DNA from: Octopus sinensis
Lineage: Eukaryota
Length of the DNA: 64,000 bases
Direction: 5' to 3'
Assembly (NCBI RefSeq): GCF_006345805.1
Contig: NC_043005.1
Span: 50,964,001 to 51,028,000 of the forward strand
The translations under genes were made by a program, and so were the position numbers. Below the pieces are notes generated by a model that saw only the letters and a list, made by a program, of their open reading frames with translations, did not search any database and was not told the DNA's origin. Below are positions 25,691-38,088 of this stretch, in pieces. How positions within the stretch are numbered: position 1 is the first letter of the stretch; each line of letters opens with the position of its first letter.

Positions 25691-27239
25691 TATATATATA
25701 TATATATATATACACTCCCATGAACAATGTACACGTTGTATTTACATGCTCACAAATACTTAGATACGCACACGTAAGCATATACTCATGAATATACGCA
25801 CCCTACTCTTTTTGCACTGATACCGAAATTATTACTCAGTGAAATACACGCTAGCACGCATATCCACAATACACATTGTTTTATATATATATATATACAG
25901 AATGTTTATGCTATAAATTGAAATAAACAGTATAATACTGTAAATAAAATCGCTATATTGCATAAAGGTATATGCTTATGTGCTTTCCTGTGCGTGCATG
26001 CCTCCTGGTAACCAAATAAGTTTGCGTATGCGTCTTTTTAAGTTTTCATAAGTGCTTACCTGAGCTTACATCTAGTCATCCAAATCAGGTTTGTGCATGG
26101 AATTTTATAGGTTTCCATTAAAAGGATGTAGTACTTGTTTGAAATTAAAAAATGTCTTTCAAAAGATATTATATTCAAATTTCTAAAACTACGAATTCTT
26201 TTTTCAAAAATTCTCTTAACATAAAGCGAAGAAGAATGAAAAGAACCTCCTAGCTGAAACAATTATAATAAAGCTTGATTATATAAAAGTGTAAAAGAAG
26301 GGAAAAGGGTTCTCCAAAAAGGCGGCAGAAATCATAATGCCTGTATTCCTTCATGAAACCATTAAAGAAGAAAAAACGAATATTTCAATAGCATTCGATT
26401 GTATGTCTTTCCAAGAGTCAATATTCCACAGTCAGAACTTTTAGAGGGGAATAATGGGAACGAATGCAGTTTCTGTAATGCACGGTATGTTACAAGAGCA
26501 GTTAATAAACTTTTATTAAAACAAACAAACAAAACACAAAATTCGAAAATTTCACTGGACATTAAGGAAATGCTACCATTGGAAAGTTCCAGGAAGTATT
26601 TCCAAGGTTCCCCGGAAATATACAGCTGTTGTACGACAAGCTACTAACCGGCATTTATTCTAACTAACATGCCCCGGGTCTGTGTTGAGCTACCACGAAT
26701 AAGTAGTATTATGTAATGGTTAGACTTAGGTTCCATCCCCGAGCTATCCAATTTTTATAGAAGCAAATACACAGTCATACCGAAATCCGAAATACTTACG
26801 GTGCAAAGTATTTCGAATAAAGGATTACCAGGATTTTATGAATTTGCATTACGTAGCTGTGTGTGCTTGTGTGAGTGAGTGACTGTGTGTTTATGTGTGA
26901 GCGTTTTTAGGTGCGCACGCACGTGTAGGTGTGTGTGTGTGTGTCCTATAAATTCTGCAGAAAAGAAACACAACCTCAATAATTTAGCATATTCAGAAAA
27001 TATGAAACGGAATTTAACTTGGGAATACTTCTTTTAGTATATACGTCTTTGCCTAGGTGTCAGATTTAAATTTAAATAACTTTTTAATAGAAAATCAGAA
27101 GAAACTGTTTAAAAAACGATTGTTATGGTAATCTTTTTATTAAGAATACCACAAGCTGCATAGACAATTCTTTACTTTCAGCAGAGTAAAAATTTGCTGT
27201 TCTATAAATATATACGTTCTCATATATATATATATCGGG

Positions 27240-27336
27240 AAGGTTTACGAAAATAAACAAAAGACGAAGGCAGGTGCAGTACAAACAAACAAATGTATTA
27301 GTATGGCGCTCAGGAATAGAAATAGAACAAGTCTTT
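27240..27336 (-). mobile_element. PLE pseudo-LTR-like fragment inserted in (TA)n
   Basis: Minus strand AAAGACTTGTTCTATTTCTATTCCTGAGCGCCATACTAATACATTTGTTTG...CTTCGTCTTTTG is homologous to 53036-53130. Confidence 0.55.
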
Positions 27337-27362
27337 ATATATATATATACACACACACACAT

Positions 27363-27460
<98 letters not shown>

Positions 27461-27544
27461 AATTTGTTGTTGAAAATGCACCTAAATATGCGTATATTTT
27501 TTTCTGCGTGGAAATACACCCCTTCATATATATGTATTTATATT

Positions 27545-27590
<46 letters not shown>

Positions 27591-27682
27591 CATATATATA
27601 TATATATATACATATATGCAAATTTGTTGTTGAAAATGCACCTAAATATGCCTATATTATTTTCTGCGTGGAAATACACCCC

Positions 27683-27753
<71 letters not shown>

Positions 27754-27755
<2 letters not shown>

Positions 27756-28394
27756 TAGGTTGCCAGGTATATTTATTCGTTTTTAGAAACTTAATCTTTA
27801 TTTGTGTTTGGCTCTTTAATTCAGATCCAATTTTAGGATTTTACTCATTAAATAAAGGTAACAGGCGACGGTATCATGAAAGCATCCCATCAGCTAGGCC
27901 AGTTTCCAAGAGGATTGGTGTGGTCTCTCATGGAGGAGCTCATTCAATCTACTATTATTGAACTGAGTTGGTCAGCTAGAACACAGAGAATGTGTGAGAT
28001 CGAATTTCTCTCCTTGGCTCTTGAAGACTACACGGAAGTCTTTCTACAATTGCATTTCTCTGCAGGTCTCTGAGTAACAGTATCTTCTTCATTCACAGCC
28101 AACTGTCTCGAGTGACTTTGGCAGTTTTGGAACCTTAACTTAAAACGTAGAGAAACAGAAGTCGAAAAATCCCCATTTTATTTCTACATGTCACTCAGTT
28201 TTATATGGCACTCAATCAAATGTCTAAAAAGAGGAAAAAATGTATTCCAATTTCAAAAACGATGTTTAAATGTTGTAGAGGAAAAATAGAGCTACAAAAA
28301 AAACCCCTATAAAACACGATGATAAATATATGTTTCGTGTTTATTCAAACAACAATGGAAATAAAGGAAGGAATTTATCTGACAACAAAATAAT
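27754..28394 (-). mobile_element. Internally deleted mariner (5' half of transposase)
   Basis: TIR-like TATTAGGTTGCCAGGTATATTT at about 27754 and a degenerate partner near 28375-28394; minus strand [41 protein letters not shown] resembles the mariner second HTH. Confidence 0.6.
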
Positions 28395-31300
28395 ATACAA
28401 TAATTACGCAGCAAGTTTTAAATACTTTGCAAATGTTTTTTACGTAGTAAGTTTTAATAAAATGGATGATATTATGATATTTTAAATGTGCGTATGTTTG
28501 AATGTTTAGTCTGTGCGTGCTTTGTTCTTTTTGGTGATCAATCATTTTTTAGTATGGTTTACAGGATCCCATTAAAAATAATGTGATACTTGAAATTAAA
28601 AACTTATCTTTATGTGATTTTATATTAGCGTTTCTAAAAGAAGTTTTTTGAAAACACTAACACTTTTAAATAATATTACCTTTTCAAAATTGAATACAAA
28701 ATATTTCAAATTTCAGTTTTAATCCCTAATGGTGCCAATTATTAAAACTTAAGCTTCGCTATTATCTTGTCCATGAAAAGTTGATTATAAGACATCTTTT
28801 TTCTAACGTGCTAAAAATTCTAAAATAAGAAATCCTTTCAAATTCTTTTAAATAATTTTCTTTGAAGATAAACAAACGTTTTTGTCTGATTTTTTTTAAT
28901 GTTCTCTCTTATTGAACTGCTTAAAATAACTGTAAAGACTGAGTTTTTTTTTTTTTTTCAAATTTTTATATTTGTATAGGTAAATTTATCTTACGCCACT
29001 AGTTGAATTTAGCAAAATACGTTTGTGTATATTTGTGGAAGCGCGTGTTGTGTGTGTGTATATGTTTGCCTGTCACACTATCATTCAGATCTTTTCTTCA
29101 ACGCGAAAATCAATCGACGTCACCGAGAAAGTGAAAGCAAAAGTGAAGAGTTATGACAACTCAGCCTGGAAACTAACAAAAGCCATATGACTAAATCCCA
29201 GCTGAATCAGCGAGGCAAGATACAACACTCTGTAACGAATAAAAACGGAAGTGAAGAAGAAAGGAGGACTCAAGAGGAAGCTTAGAATAATCGTAGGTCT
29301 TAAGCACGCCTTCATGGTGCTTTCACAGAATGAAGATTGTTTTTGTTTGGATTGCATCTCTTTCCAGGAGACAGAACTGCCACAGTCAATAGCTACTGTG
29401 CAAAACCAAGAGTAAGCTAAAATGCTGGGAACAAATGCAGTTTTTGTAATATCTTTTTACAATAAATTGTGGATGGTAAGTCGACTACTGATGTACTTAG
29501 GTAATATTGGAATTGAACCATCCCTTCCAGAAGAAATAAAACAGCTTCCCAGCTTCTTTTCTGTCAATTACTTCTTTAAGAAAAAAGTAGAAGCTACAAC
29601 ATTGCCATGTCTGTGACCTTTTTACGATGTCAAGAAATAATAACATCAGTTTACAATCCAAACTGAAACTGAATGGAAAGATTAACGATAGAATTGAGTT
29701 ACTTATTCGAAAAAAAACAAGCGTCTGTTGTTTACACGGCTTTTCATTTTCGACATGATACACATAATAGACTAAGAAATAATCCAGCCACGACGTGATA
29801 GCTAAACTCCAATATTACTTGCATCGTGAGAGATTTCCATTGTTCTATTTTTTTCATCTCTATTACGAGATGAAAAAAGGTTAATTAGGTACTAAGAGCA
29901 GAAAAGAAGCCAAAATAGTGGGTTTTAGAGACAGTGTAACATATCCACTCAGCAAAATATTTGTTCTGCAGCAGTTTCACCAGAGAAATCCTGGATATTG
30001 TTATCTATTAACGTGGAAAAAGCTTGAAGAGTATAAGAGAGAGAGATCGGAGTTACGATGCTTTTCATTACATCATCTTTTTGCTTTGGTATTGGTAATC
30101 TTAAAATGAACGTTATGAATATTATAAATACCAAGCAGATTACCTTCATAGATATTGCAAGTGTGATCTGAGCTAGATTTTAATATAAATCTAAAACCGA
30201 GAACATGTTGACAACAATATTCTCTTTGGTTTTTTTTTAGTTAATGTAGAAAAGCAGACATTGAAATATTGCCAGAATAATTGAGCAAGCAATTTTTGCA
30301 GACAAGTCGAAAGAATGCATGGATTCTGTAGAAAGGATTAAGGGGATCTCAGCCGATAACAGAATCATATTACTAGCGAATGTATATAAATTCCAATTTC
30401 ATTGGGAATTCTCATATACTATGGATAGCTGTACTTAATTACTTTTACGACAAATCCAAATAAAAAGGCTCTGAGTCGTTTTCAAGGTCAAGAGCCAAGT
30501 AATCGACCAGAAACTGGAAAGAAACTGAAACAGCTTCTTTGTGATTTGCTTCTAGAGGATGACCAAGAAATTTTAATCGCTTATAGATGGAAGAAAGAAA
30601 AATAGAAGAGGGAAGTGGTAGGTGCTTATATACTTTTAATATTAATAGAATACATACACAGAGAATCAGCTGGTATTGATTGAGTTTTCTGCGCTGGGAG
30701 TTGATATTGATGAAAGGAATTATTTGTTGTTCGATGGAGCTTAAGAGAACATGATCTATAGACCCTGTGGCCCTATCAATCTCAACAGCCCAGATTTATT
30801 CGGTGGAGGAAAGGATTTCCGAAATAATTTCTGAACCAAGCTGTTATGACTGAAAACTCTTATCCCACTTTACAAACATGGATCTGATGTACATTGTGGT
30901 AGATCCTGCATTCTGAAAAGATGCAGACATAAGTTTAAAGTAGACAATTGTTGCGTTGTACAGCATAACTCGATACTCAGTACAAAATATGAACCACATA
31001 TAAATGTACAAATTGTGGCTACGGTGAAGGTAATGAAGCGCTTGTACATTAAAAAAAGGATTGGATCACGTAACGATTCAAGTGCATGTGAAAAGCAGAT
31101 TTTCGATGAGGTTGAAATATTTGTCAATTCATAATATAAAAGTATATCTAAGGTTTATCAGAGACTATATGAATCCCCCATACAATAGTGATATCAACCA
31201 GTGGAAAATCTTCCAATACATCTGGAAAATTAACAAGTCGTTCATTCTGAGATTATCGAAGCAAATGATGTTTCAAACGTGTGCTATTGATGGTTATTAT

Positions 31301-31755
31301 GTTCATTGTATTCTTTTAAAGCTTAATGCCAGAGACAAATGATATCCAGGTACCTTTCTGTATTACAGCTAGTTCAATAATAAGGAGGTGCGAAGATTTA
31401 AAACAATAATTAAGAGAAGCAGATGTAGACATACAGTGAAAAAAAAAATAGTCTGTGTGACAATATTTAGCAGGTTTCCTATCATCAACGTAAATTATCA
31501 ACTGACCGATGTCGGCATTGTTAAAATACTACTAAACCGTAAAACGGGACCAAGAGTAGAAATATGATGGATTAATAAAGGTAATCAAGAAGTAGCCAAC
31601 GGTGTCTTTGGAAAGATACTTCGTCAGAAGTTTGCAATAAACCTGATAAACATACACACACACACACGCACACACACACATACACACACACACACAACAC
31701 ACACACACACCACACACACACACACACCACACACACACAACACACACACACACCA

Positions 31756-31820
<65 letters not shown>

Positions 31821-31822
<2 letters not shown>

Positions 31823-32038
31823 AGTGAGTGGACAAACGAAAGAAAAAGGAACTCAGCACAGTTAATAAGAGATACATGTATTATTTAAAATAGTTTGATT
31901 CGGTTCTATGGGACTTAAGGTTTCACGGACCTCTAACAGAAGCCCGTGAAAGAGATGGGCTTCTGTTAGAGTCTCCCAAAACACTTTAGATCTCATGGAG
32001 CTGAATCAAACAGTTTTAAATAATATACTTATATATAT

Positions 32039-32072
<34 letters not shown>

Positions 32073-32279
32073 CAAGTGAGTGGACAAACGAAAGAAAAAG
32101 GAACTCAGCACAGTTAATAAGAGATACATGTATTATTTAAAATAGTTTGATTCGGTTCTATGGGACTTAAGGTTTCACGGACCTCTAACAGAAGCCCGTG
32201 AAAGAGATGGGCTTCTGTTAGAGTCTCCCAAAACACTTTAGATCTCATGGAGCTGAATCAAACAGTTTTAAATAATATA

Positions 32280-32282
<3 letters not shown>
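31821..32282. repeat. Exact 210 bp tandem duplication separated by (TA)n, containing a foldback element
   Basis: 31821-32030 equals 32073-32282. Each copy has a perfect 15 bp stem CTCTAACAGAAGCCC/GGGCTTCTGTTAGAG and outer IRs ATTATTTAAAATAGTTTGATTC / GAATCAAACAGTTTTAAATAAT. Confidence 0.9.
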
Positions 32283-32344
<62 letters not shown>

Positions 32345-33344
32345 TCCTGCAATTAAGTGGTGAAAAAATACATCGTGTTGTGTACTAGTCAAATGACAAG
32401 ATTTTTCAAGTGTTGTTAGAAATAGGAAACATAGAGCGTAAGGATTTCGGCATTGAGAAAGACTTTCATTTCCCGCGCCCTCAACTTAGCACATTTAGAC
32501 GTCACGAACTGAATCTTGTAAGAGAAAAGATAGAATGCAATACAAAAGAGCTGAAAGAGGCAATGGAAACCAACATTGCGATCTTGAGTAGTAGGCTCTT
32601 TATAAATATGTTGCCTCATCAGCCATGAAGCGATGCTTCAGGAGGAAGTGGCGTTTTTTTTTTTGTCAATCATATTTACCAGAATGTGATAAAAACATAG
32701 ATCGGTCTTGCGACAACACATCATGAAGAGCCACTGTACTTATACCTAATGGCCGAACTGAACATTTTCGCATCAAAACCTCACTAAAGATAATTTTGTA
32801 ATCAAATTGCAATATATCACTAAGCTGTACAGCTGTGCAGCTAATTAGCCTAGCATGATTAATCGATATTGATGAAGTTTACTAGAAAACAAGAAGTCAT
32901 TTAAAGTCAATGAACTACACATTCAGCGACATTTTTGAAACTGCATTTTCAGATGACTAGCGTCAAATTCTACCTGGCGTACCACACAGGGTCTTGCGGA
33001 TGCATTTAGTAAATGCTTCAAGAGCTCTCCGCATTCAGCAGATCTCCAAATTTGGGGGTTTGTCACAAATATGCGCATTCAGACTGCAGCAAGCGACCAT
33101 GGAGGAAATTTGACTAAAAGAAAGAAAAAAGCTATGTTAGCGAAGTGAATTAAAGACAAAAAAATCTAGATACTATTAAAATTCTTGGACAACAAAATCT
33201 TTAGCAATTATATTTGGGAACTTCCAAGGAAGCTGTAAATCTATACAGACTGATGCTTGGAGTAGTTAATCCTTTGTCCTAACGATAATATGAAAGACAG
33301 CTTTTCAATAATCCTCGATTGTGATGAAGCATTTTTCACGTAAA

Positions 33345-33775
33345 GGCGTAGGCGTGGCTGTATGGTAAGAATCTTGCTTCCCAACACATTGGTCCTGGTT
33401 CAATCCCACTGCGTGAAACCTTGGGTAAGTTTCTTCTACTATAGCCTCGGGTCAACTAAAGCCTTATAAGTGGATTTGGTAGACGGAAATTGAAAGAAAC
33501 CCGTCGTATGTATATACATACATATACATGTGTGTATGTGAGAGTGTGTGTGTGTTCGTGCGCATGAGTGTGTATTTGTGTCTGTGCTTTTCCCCTATCA
33601 TCGCTTGACAGACGGTGTTGGCGTGTTTAGTTCCCTGTAATTTATCGGTTCGGTAAGATAAGTACTAGGCTTAAAAAATGTCCTGGGGTTGATTTGTTCG
33701 TCTAAAATCCTTCAAGGCGGTGCCCCAGAACGGCCGCAGGGAAATGAGTGAAACAAGTAAAAACAAAACGTATTT
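33345..33775 (+). mobile_element. tRNA-derived SINE family D inserted in the Helitron helicase
   Basis: GGCGTAGGCGTGGCTGTATGGTAAG...GGTTCAATCCCAC head, internal (GT)n, tail GGCGGTGCCCCAG...GAAACAAGTAAAA. Confidence 0.8.
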
Positions 33776-34447
33776 TTAAGCAGTATTTGTTTAAGTGGGA
33801 TGGCTCACTACAGACTGTGTCTCAGACAAGTGCATCCGTTGTACTTCTCCACTGCAAAAGGGCAAACTACGTTATTAAGAGACTCACCAGCTCAGATATT
33901 TCCACTGCCATTACTTGTTGCGCCCACTATAAGAATGATTTATTTGTGCTAAACTATCGGGCATTGCCATTTGAAATGCAAAGCCATCAAATTTCCTGTG
34001 AAACTATCCTTTGATTATATAATTCACAAATCTGAAGGCCAAACGCTTACGAATATCGACATCCGGCTATAGAATAATGAATGCTTTTCTCATGTTCAGC
34101 TTTCCTTATGCAGAAAATACCAGTAGACATAGCATTATAGCAAAATCGAAGAATGAAAATTATATTCTGCAGAGAACATTGTACATACAGAAAATTTGTC
34201 GAGATATGCTTTAGTTTATAATCTTTTGCAAGAAATAAAATGTTCGTATATAGCATTTGCTTTTTAACACAGTGTTGATATAAAAGTCAATGAACACATT
34301 GAAAATGTCTCGTTATTCTGTTTTAATTACAGAGCTGCTGTGTAGCATTAATAAGACTTAAATCATTTGAATTTTCAATTAAGGCATAGAACGATAATTT
34401 CTGCTTAATTTTAATTTCTTCAGTCATTTGGATACATATTAGACTAA

Positions 34448-34493
<46 letters not shown>

Positions 34494-34706
34494 GTGAAAT
34501 AGAAAGATGAATAATCTTGTAGTAGATTAATCAAAAGTTTAACCGATACCTTAGTAGCAAAAATCACAGCAGTAAACAGCACGGTTGGAGGTACAACCAT
34601 CTGGCGTTGCAACCGTGCGTTGGTGCGGATAATTGAAATTAAAACATTATTGGTGAATTGAAGAAATGGAGCTGAACGCAGATTGAACAGAAATCGTTTT
34701 ATTTCA

Positions 34707-34786
34707 TTCTACACGTGTTTCGAAAGGCACAAATTACCAAAATCCGATTGAATAATGGGACCATATTGTGTCTTTCTCTTCAGGAA
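34707..34786 (-). ncRNA. Type I hammerhead ribozyme (mirror copy in left arm)
   Basis: Reverse complement of 36496-36575. Confidence 0.8.
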
Positions 34787-35611
34787 GAAAAAAGAAATCC
34801 GTTGGAAAAACAAAAACAGAACAGAGGCGGAGCAAAAAACAAATCGAACTGTGCTCCTAAGAGCCCATGGCGAAACTGTTTATCAGTGTATGTTGAGAAC
34901 CGGTGGCTGAAGAATTCAACGGGTCAGGCATCGGTCAATCATGTGGGTGAGGGTGTATAGATGTTCTTTGTGACCGAGAATAAAGTTCTGACTATTTAAA
35001 GAATATTGGTTGTTTTATAAGGGGCGAGAAAAAATCTACTTAGAGACGTGTGTGTGTGTATACTGTTCTATATATGTGTGTGTTGGCGTAGGGGTAGAAA
35101 ACATTTTTTGTGTACGTGTGTGCGTTTGATCGTTCGGCTGTCAGTGGCTACTGCCGTGATAACCGTTGGGTGGCAGAAAGAAAAAAAAATAAAAAAATTA
35201 TATATATATATTATGTTTTATGTGTGTGTGTGTGTGTTCATCTAAGCCTGCCTTGACAAGGAAACCCCCCGCTGTGAAAAAACCAAGCCCCGTTTGTCTT
35301 ACAGGAGTAATTTCCCTTGCAGTGGTTAATCGTAGATATCTTAAAGGCTATTTCAGAATTTGTACCAAGGCTATGGGTGCCGGTATTATTTATAAACGCT
35401 ATTTAAAGGCCAGATAAGTGTAACGCCGCCAATGGGGGCATCGAAAAGCCGACTGTAAGAGCCCGTTTACCATCCGGCCTCTGGCAAACAAAATATGGAA
35501 GAGTTCGGAGACACAAAGGTTGCACTGTCTTCTGCCCCTATCAAATGGGAGGGCCACCGACAAAATTGACCATTCCAGCCTATAGCTTAAGTTCGCATCC
35601 TTCAGTCGCCA

Positions 35612-35885
35612 CTTTTACGCAACTTTTCGGGACGTGAACAAGCGCCAGACCACGGGACTCAGTAAGCTAATATGGCGACTGAAGGATGCGAACTTAAGCT
35701 ATAGGCTGGAATGGTCAATTTTGTCGGTGGCCCTCCCATTTGATAGGGGCAGAAGACAGTGCAACCTTTGTGTCTCCGAACTCTTCCATATTTTGTTTGC
35801 CAGAGGCCGGATGGTAAACGGGCTCTTACAGTCGGCTTTTCGATGCCCCCATTGGCGGCGTTACACTTATCTGGCCTTTAAATAG
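35612..35885 (+). pseudogene. PLE GIY-YIG endonuclease C-terminus
   Basis: FYATFRDVNKRQTTGLSKLIWRLKDANLSYRLEWSILSVALPFDRGRRQCNLCVSELFHILF...CPHWRRY* matches the PLE TxLSKxIWxLK...WSIL...CNLC...CxH pattern. Confidence 0.8.
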
Positions 35886-36495
35886 CGTTTATAAATAATA
35901 CCGGCACCCATAGCCCTTGGTAACAAATTCTGAAATAGCCTTTAAGATATCTACGATTAACCACTGCAAGGGAAATTACTCCTGTAAGACAAACAGGGCT
36001 TGGTTTTTTCACAGCGGGAGGTTTCCTTGTCAAGGCAGGCTTAGATGAACACACACACACCACACATAAAACATAATATATATATAATTTTTTTTTTTTT
36101 TCTTTCTGCCACCCAACGGTTATCACGGCAGTAGCCACTGACAGCCGAACGATCAAACGCACACACGTACACAAAAAATGTTTTCTACCCCTACGCCAAC
36201 ACACACATATATAGAACAGTATACACACACACACGTCTCTAAGTAGATTTTTTCTCGCCCCTTATAAAACAACCAATATTCTTTAAATAGTCAGAACTTT
36301 ATTCTCGGTCAAAAGAACATCTATACACCCTCACCCACATGATTGACCGATGCCTGACCCGTTGAATTCTTCAGCCACCGGTTCTCAACATACACTGATA
36401 AACAGTTTCGCCATGGGCTCTTAGGAGCACAGTTCGATTTGTTTTTTGCTCCGCCTCTGTTCTGTTTTTGTTTTTCCAACGGATTTCCTTTTTTC

Positions 36496-36575
36496 TTCCT
36501 GAAGAGAAAGACACAATATGGTCCCATTATTCAATCGGATTTTGGTAATTTGTGCCTTTCGAAACACGTGTAGAA
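36496..36575 (+). ncRNA. Type I hammerhead ribozyme in PLE 3' pseudo-LTR
   Basis: TTC CTGAAGA GAAAGACACAA...TTGTGCCTTTC GAAA CACGTG TA GAA: perfect core, 10/11 bp stem II, palindromic stem III, GUA triplet, sense to the GIY-YIG ORF. Confidence 0.85.
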
Positions 36576-36637
36576 TGAAATAAAACGATTTCTGTTCAAT
36601 CTGCGTTCAGCTCCATTTCTTCAATTCACCAATAATG

Positions 36638-36676
<39 letters not shown>

Positions 36677-36877
36677 TACATATTTGTGTGCATGTATGTG
36701 TGTATATATGTCTATATACGTGTGTATGTATTATGTATATATGAGTGTGTAAGTATGCGTCTGCTTGCATGTGTGTTGCCTGTGTGTATATATGTGTGCG
36801 TGTATGCATTCAACCCAAAACTTTAACTTTATATGTTTTAAAAATTAGCTGATAATAAAGCTATGAATATTCATATA

Positions 36878-38088
36878 CGAGTTTATACAAAGAGTAGTAC
36901 AAAAGTGGACTTAACTTTCCATATAGGTATATAAGTCGTTCAAATTGCTTATGTTGATAGAGTAACTATTTCTCGCTACAAAACATAATCTCCATCACAT
37001 AACATAATCTTCATCACTATCAATACAATTGCACCTTTGTTTTATACCCAACTCTTAAATCGTCTGTTTCAAATAGAATTCGTGAGTTGCTCTGTATCAG
37101 CAAATTGTTGTCCCCGAATACTGTCCATCAGAAAAAAAAACAGATGAATTCGGATAATGTTCAATGGATGGGTGCCACTGAACATTCCAATTTGCCGATT
37201 ACGTTTTCGGTTACCAAGGATGTGCGTGATCACACATTGTCGTAGTGAATGTGGGTCGTTTTCAGATTCATGTTCGGTCTTCTCCTCCTAGTGGATTCTC
37301 TAAGGATTTTTGAGACACCCAGTATAACATTCGTTGTTCACGGTACAGACATGTTTCAGAAAATTATGGAGAATCGCGAACTTATCTTCCAAAAGATAGT
37401 CATCATGATTTTCTGTCGGTCACTTAGGTCTTAGAGGTTGGAGTGGCGTTATTCCATGAACTAATCCTTTATTTCTGTATCATAAAGGTATGCTCACGTT
37501 TCATCCCTTGTTACTAGATCAAAAAGAAGAACGAGCCTTCATTGACTCAAACGTTTCTGGAAGATCTGTGCAAACCTCCATTGTTCTGATGTCAATTTCC
37601 GAGCTACTCACTTTACACACACTCATCGATACACAAAGTCTACTATAATCTTCTGTAATGCACTCCATTTGTGTAACAAGCTCACGGCTTGGGACTGTAT
37701 CCACGCGAATCAATTCGTCCAGTCGCTAGTGGATCGTGTCAGTGGTCGCATGGCTTGTCTTCCGTGCTGGGTTTCCTCCTTTAAATTTCTTTATTCATCT
37801 GTGCACATTACTTATAATCTTCGTAAACAGCTACTAGAATTTAGTGTATGTCGAACAGCCTTCACTTTTCTTTTGTTAAGAACTCGATGAAGATACGTTG
37901 TTTCTGATTAGAACCTAGTTTTGTTTTTTAGTTTGTTGTGTTATTTTTTCAATGAAGAAAAACAGGAAAAAAATACTAAAGAGAAAGAGTTTACTCTACC
38001 AACATCTGTAGTCTAAACGATTTGTGTCACTTAATAAACAAGTTGTGCCACCACGCACCTTTTTGCATAACTTTCGGCACAAACCCTG
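36878..38088 (-). mobile_element. Full-length decayed mariner transposon
   Basis: Minus strand *VARKLTSEQ, LVTRDET*AYLYD, KIMMTIFW and HIHYDNV; degenerate TIRs next to TA at both ends; about 1.2 kb. Confidence 0.75.

Larger units (their letters stand above)
29090..34200 (+). mobile_element. Decayed Helitron RepHel coding region with nested insertions
   Basis: Collinear motifs in several frames: RSYNIAMSVTF (29589), LITFTTNP (30435), MIYRPCGPINLNSP (30751), VDNCCVVQHNSILSTKYEPHINVQ (30940), FDEVEIF (31102), GRTEHFRIK (32751), IDEV (32868), RQILPGVP (32961), NMR (33068), IHKSEGQTL..CFSHVQL (34022-34100) and NIVHTE (34175). Confidence 0.85.
34492..36641. mobile_element. Penelope-like element 3' end with large inverted duplication (about 2 kb palindrome)
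   Basis: Arms 34641-35611 and 35673-36641 are near-identical reverse complements around a 61 bp spacer; the left side extends about 150 bp further; (TA)n on both flanks. Confidence 0.85.

Noticed and set aside
27790-28140. Apparent terminal exon on the minus strand after a pyrimidine tract and AG
   Set aside because: Other frames give mariner HTH motifs and TIR-like ends flank it, so it is a transposon remnant.
29370-29413. Apparent 44 nt micro-exon (AG...GTAAGC)
   Set aside because: Lies in the Cys-rich N-terminal part of the decayed Helitron ORF.
33860-33930. Apparent 39 nt minus-strand exon with GTGAGT donor
   Set aside because: The plus strand is the Helitron helicase C-terminal region.
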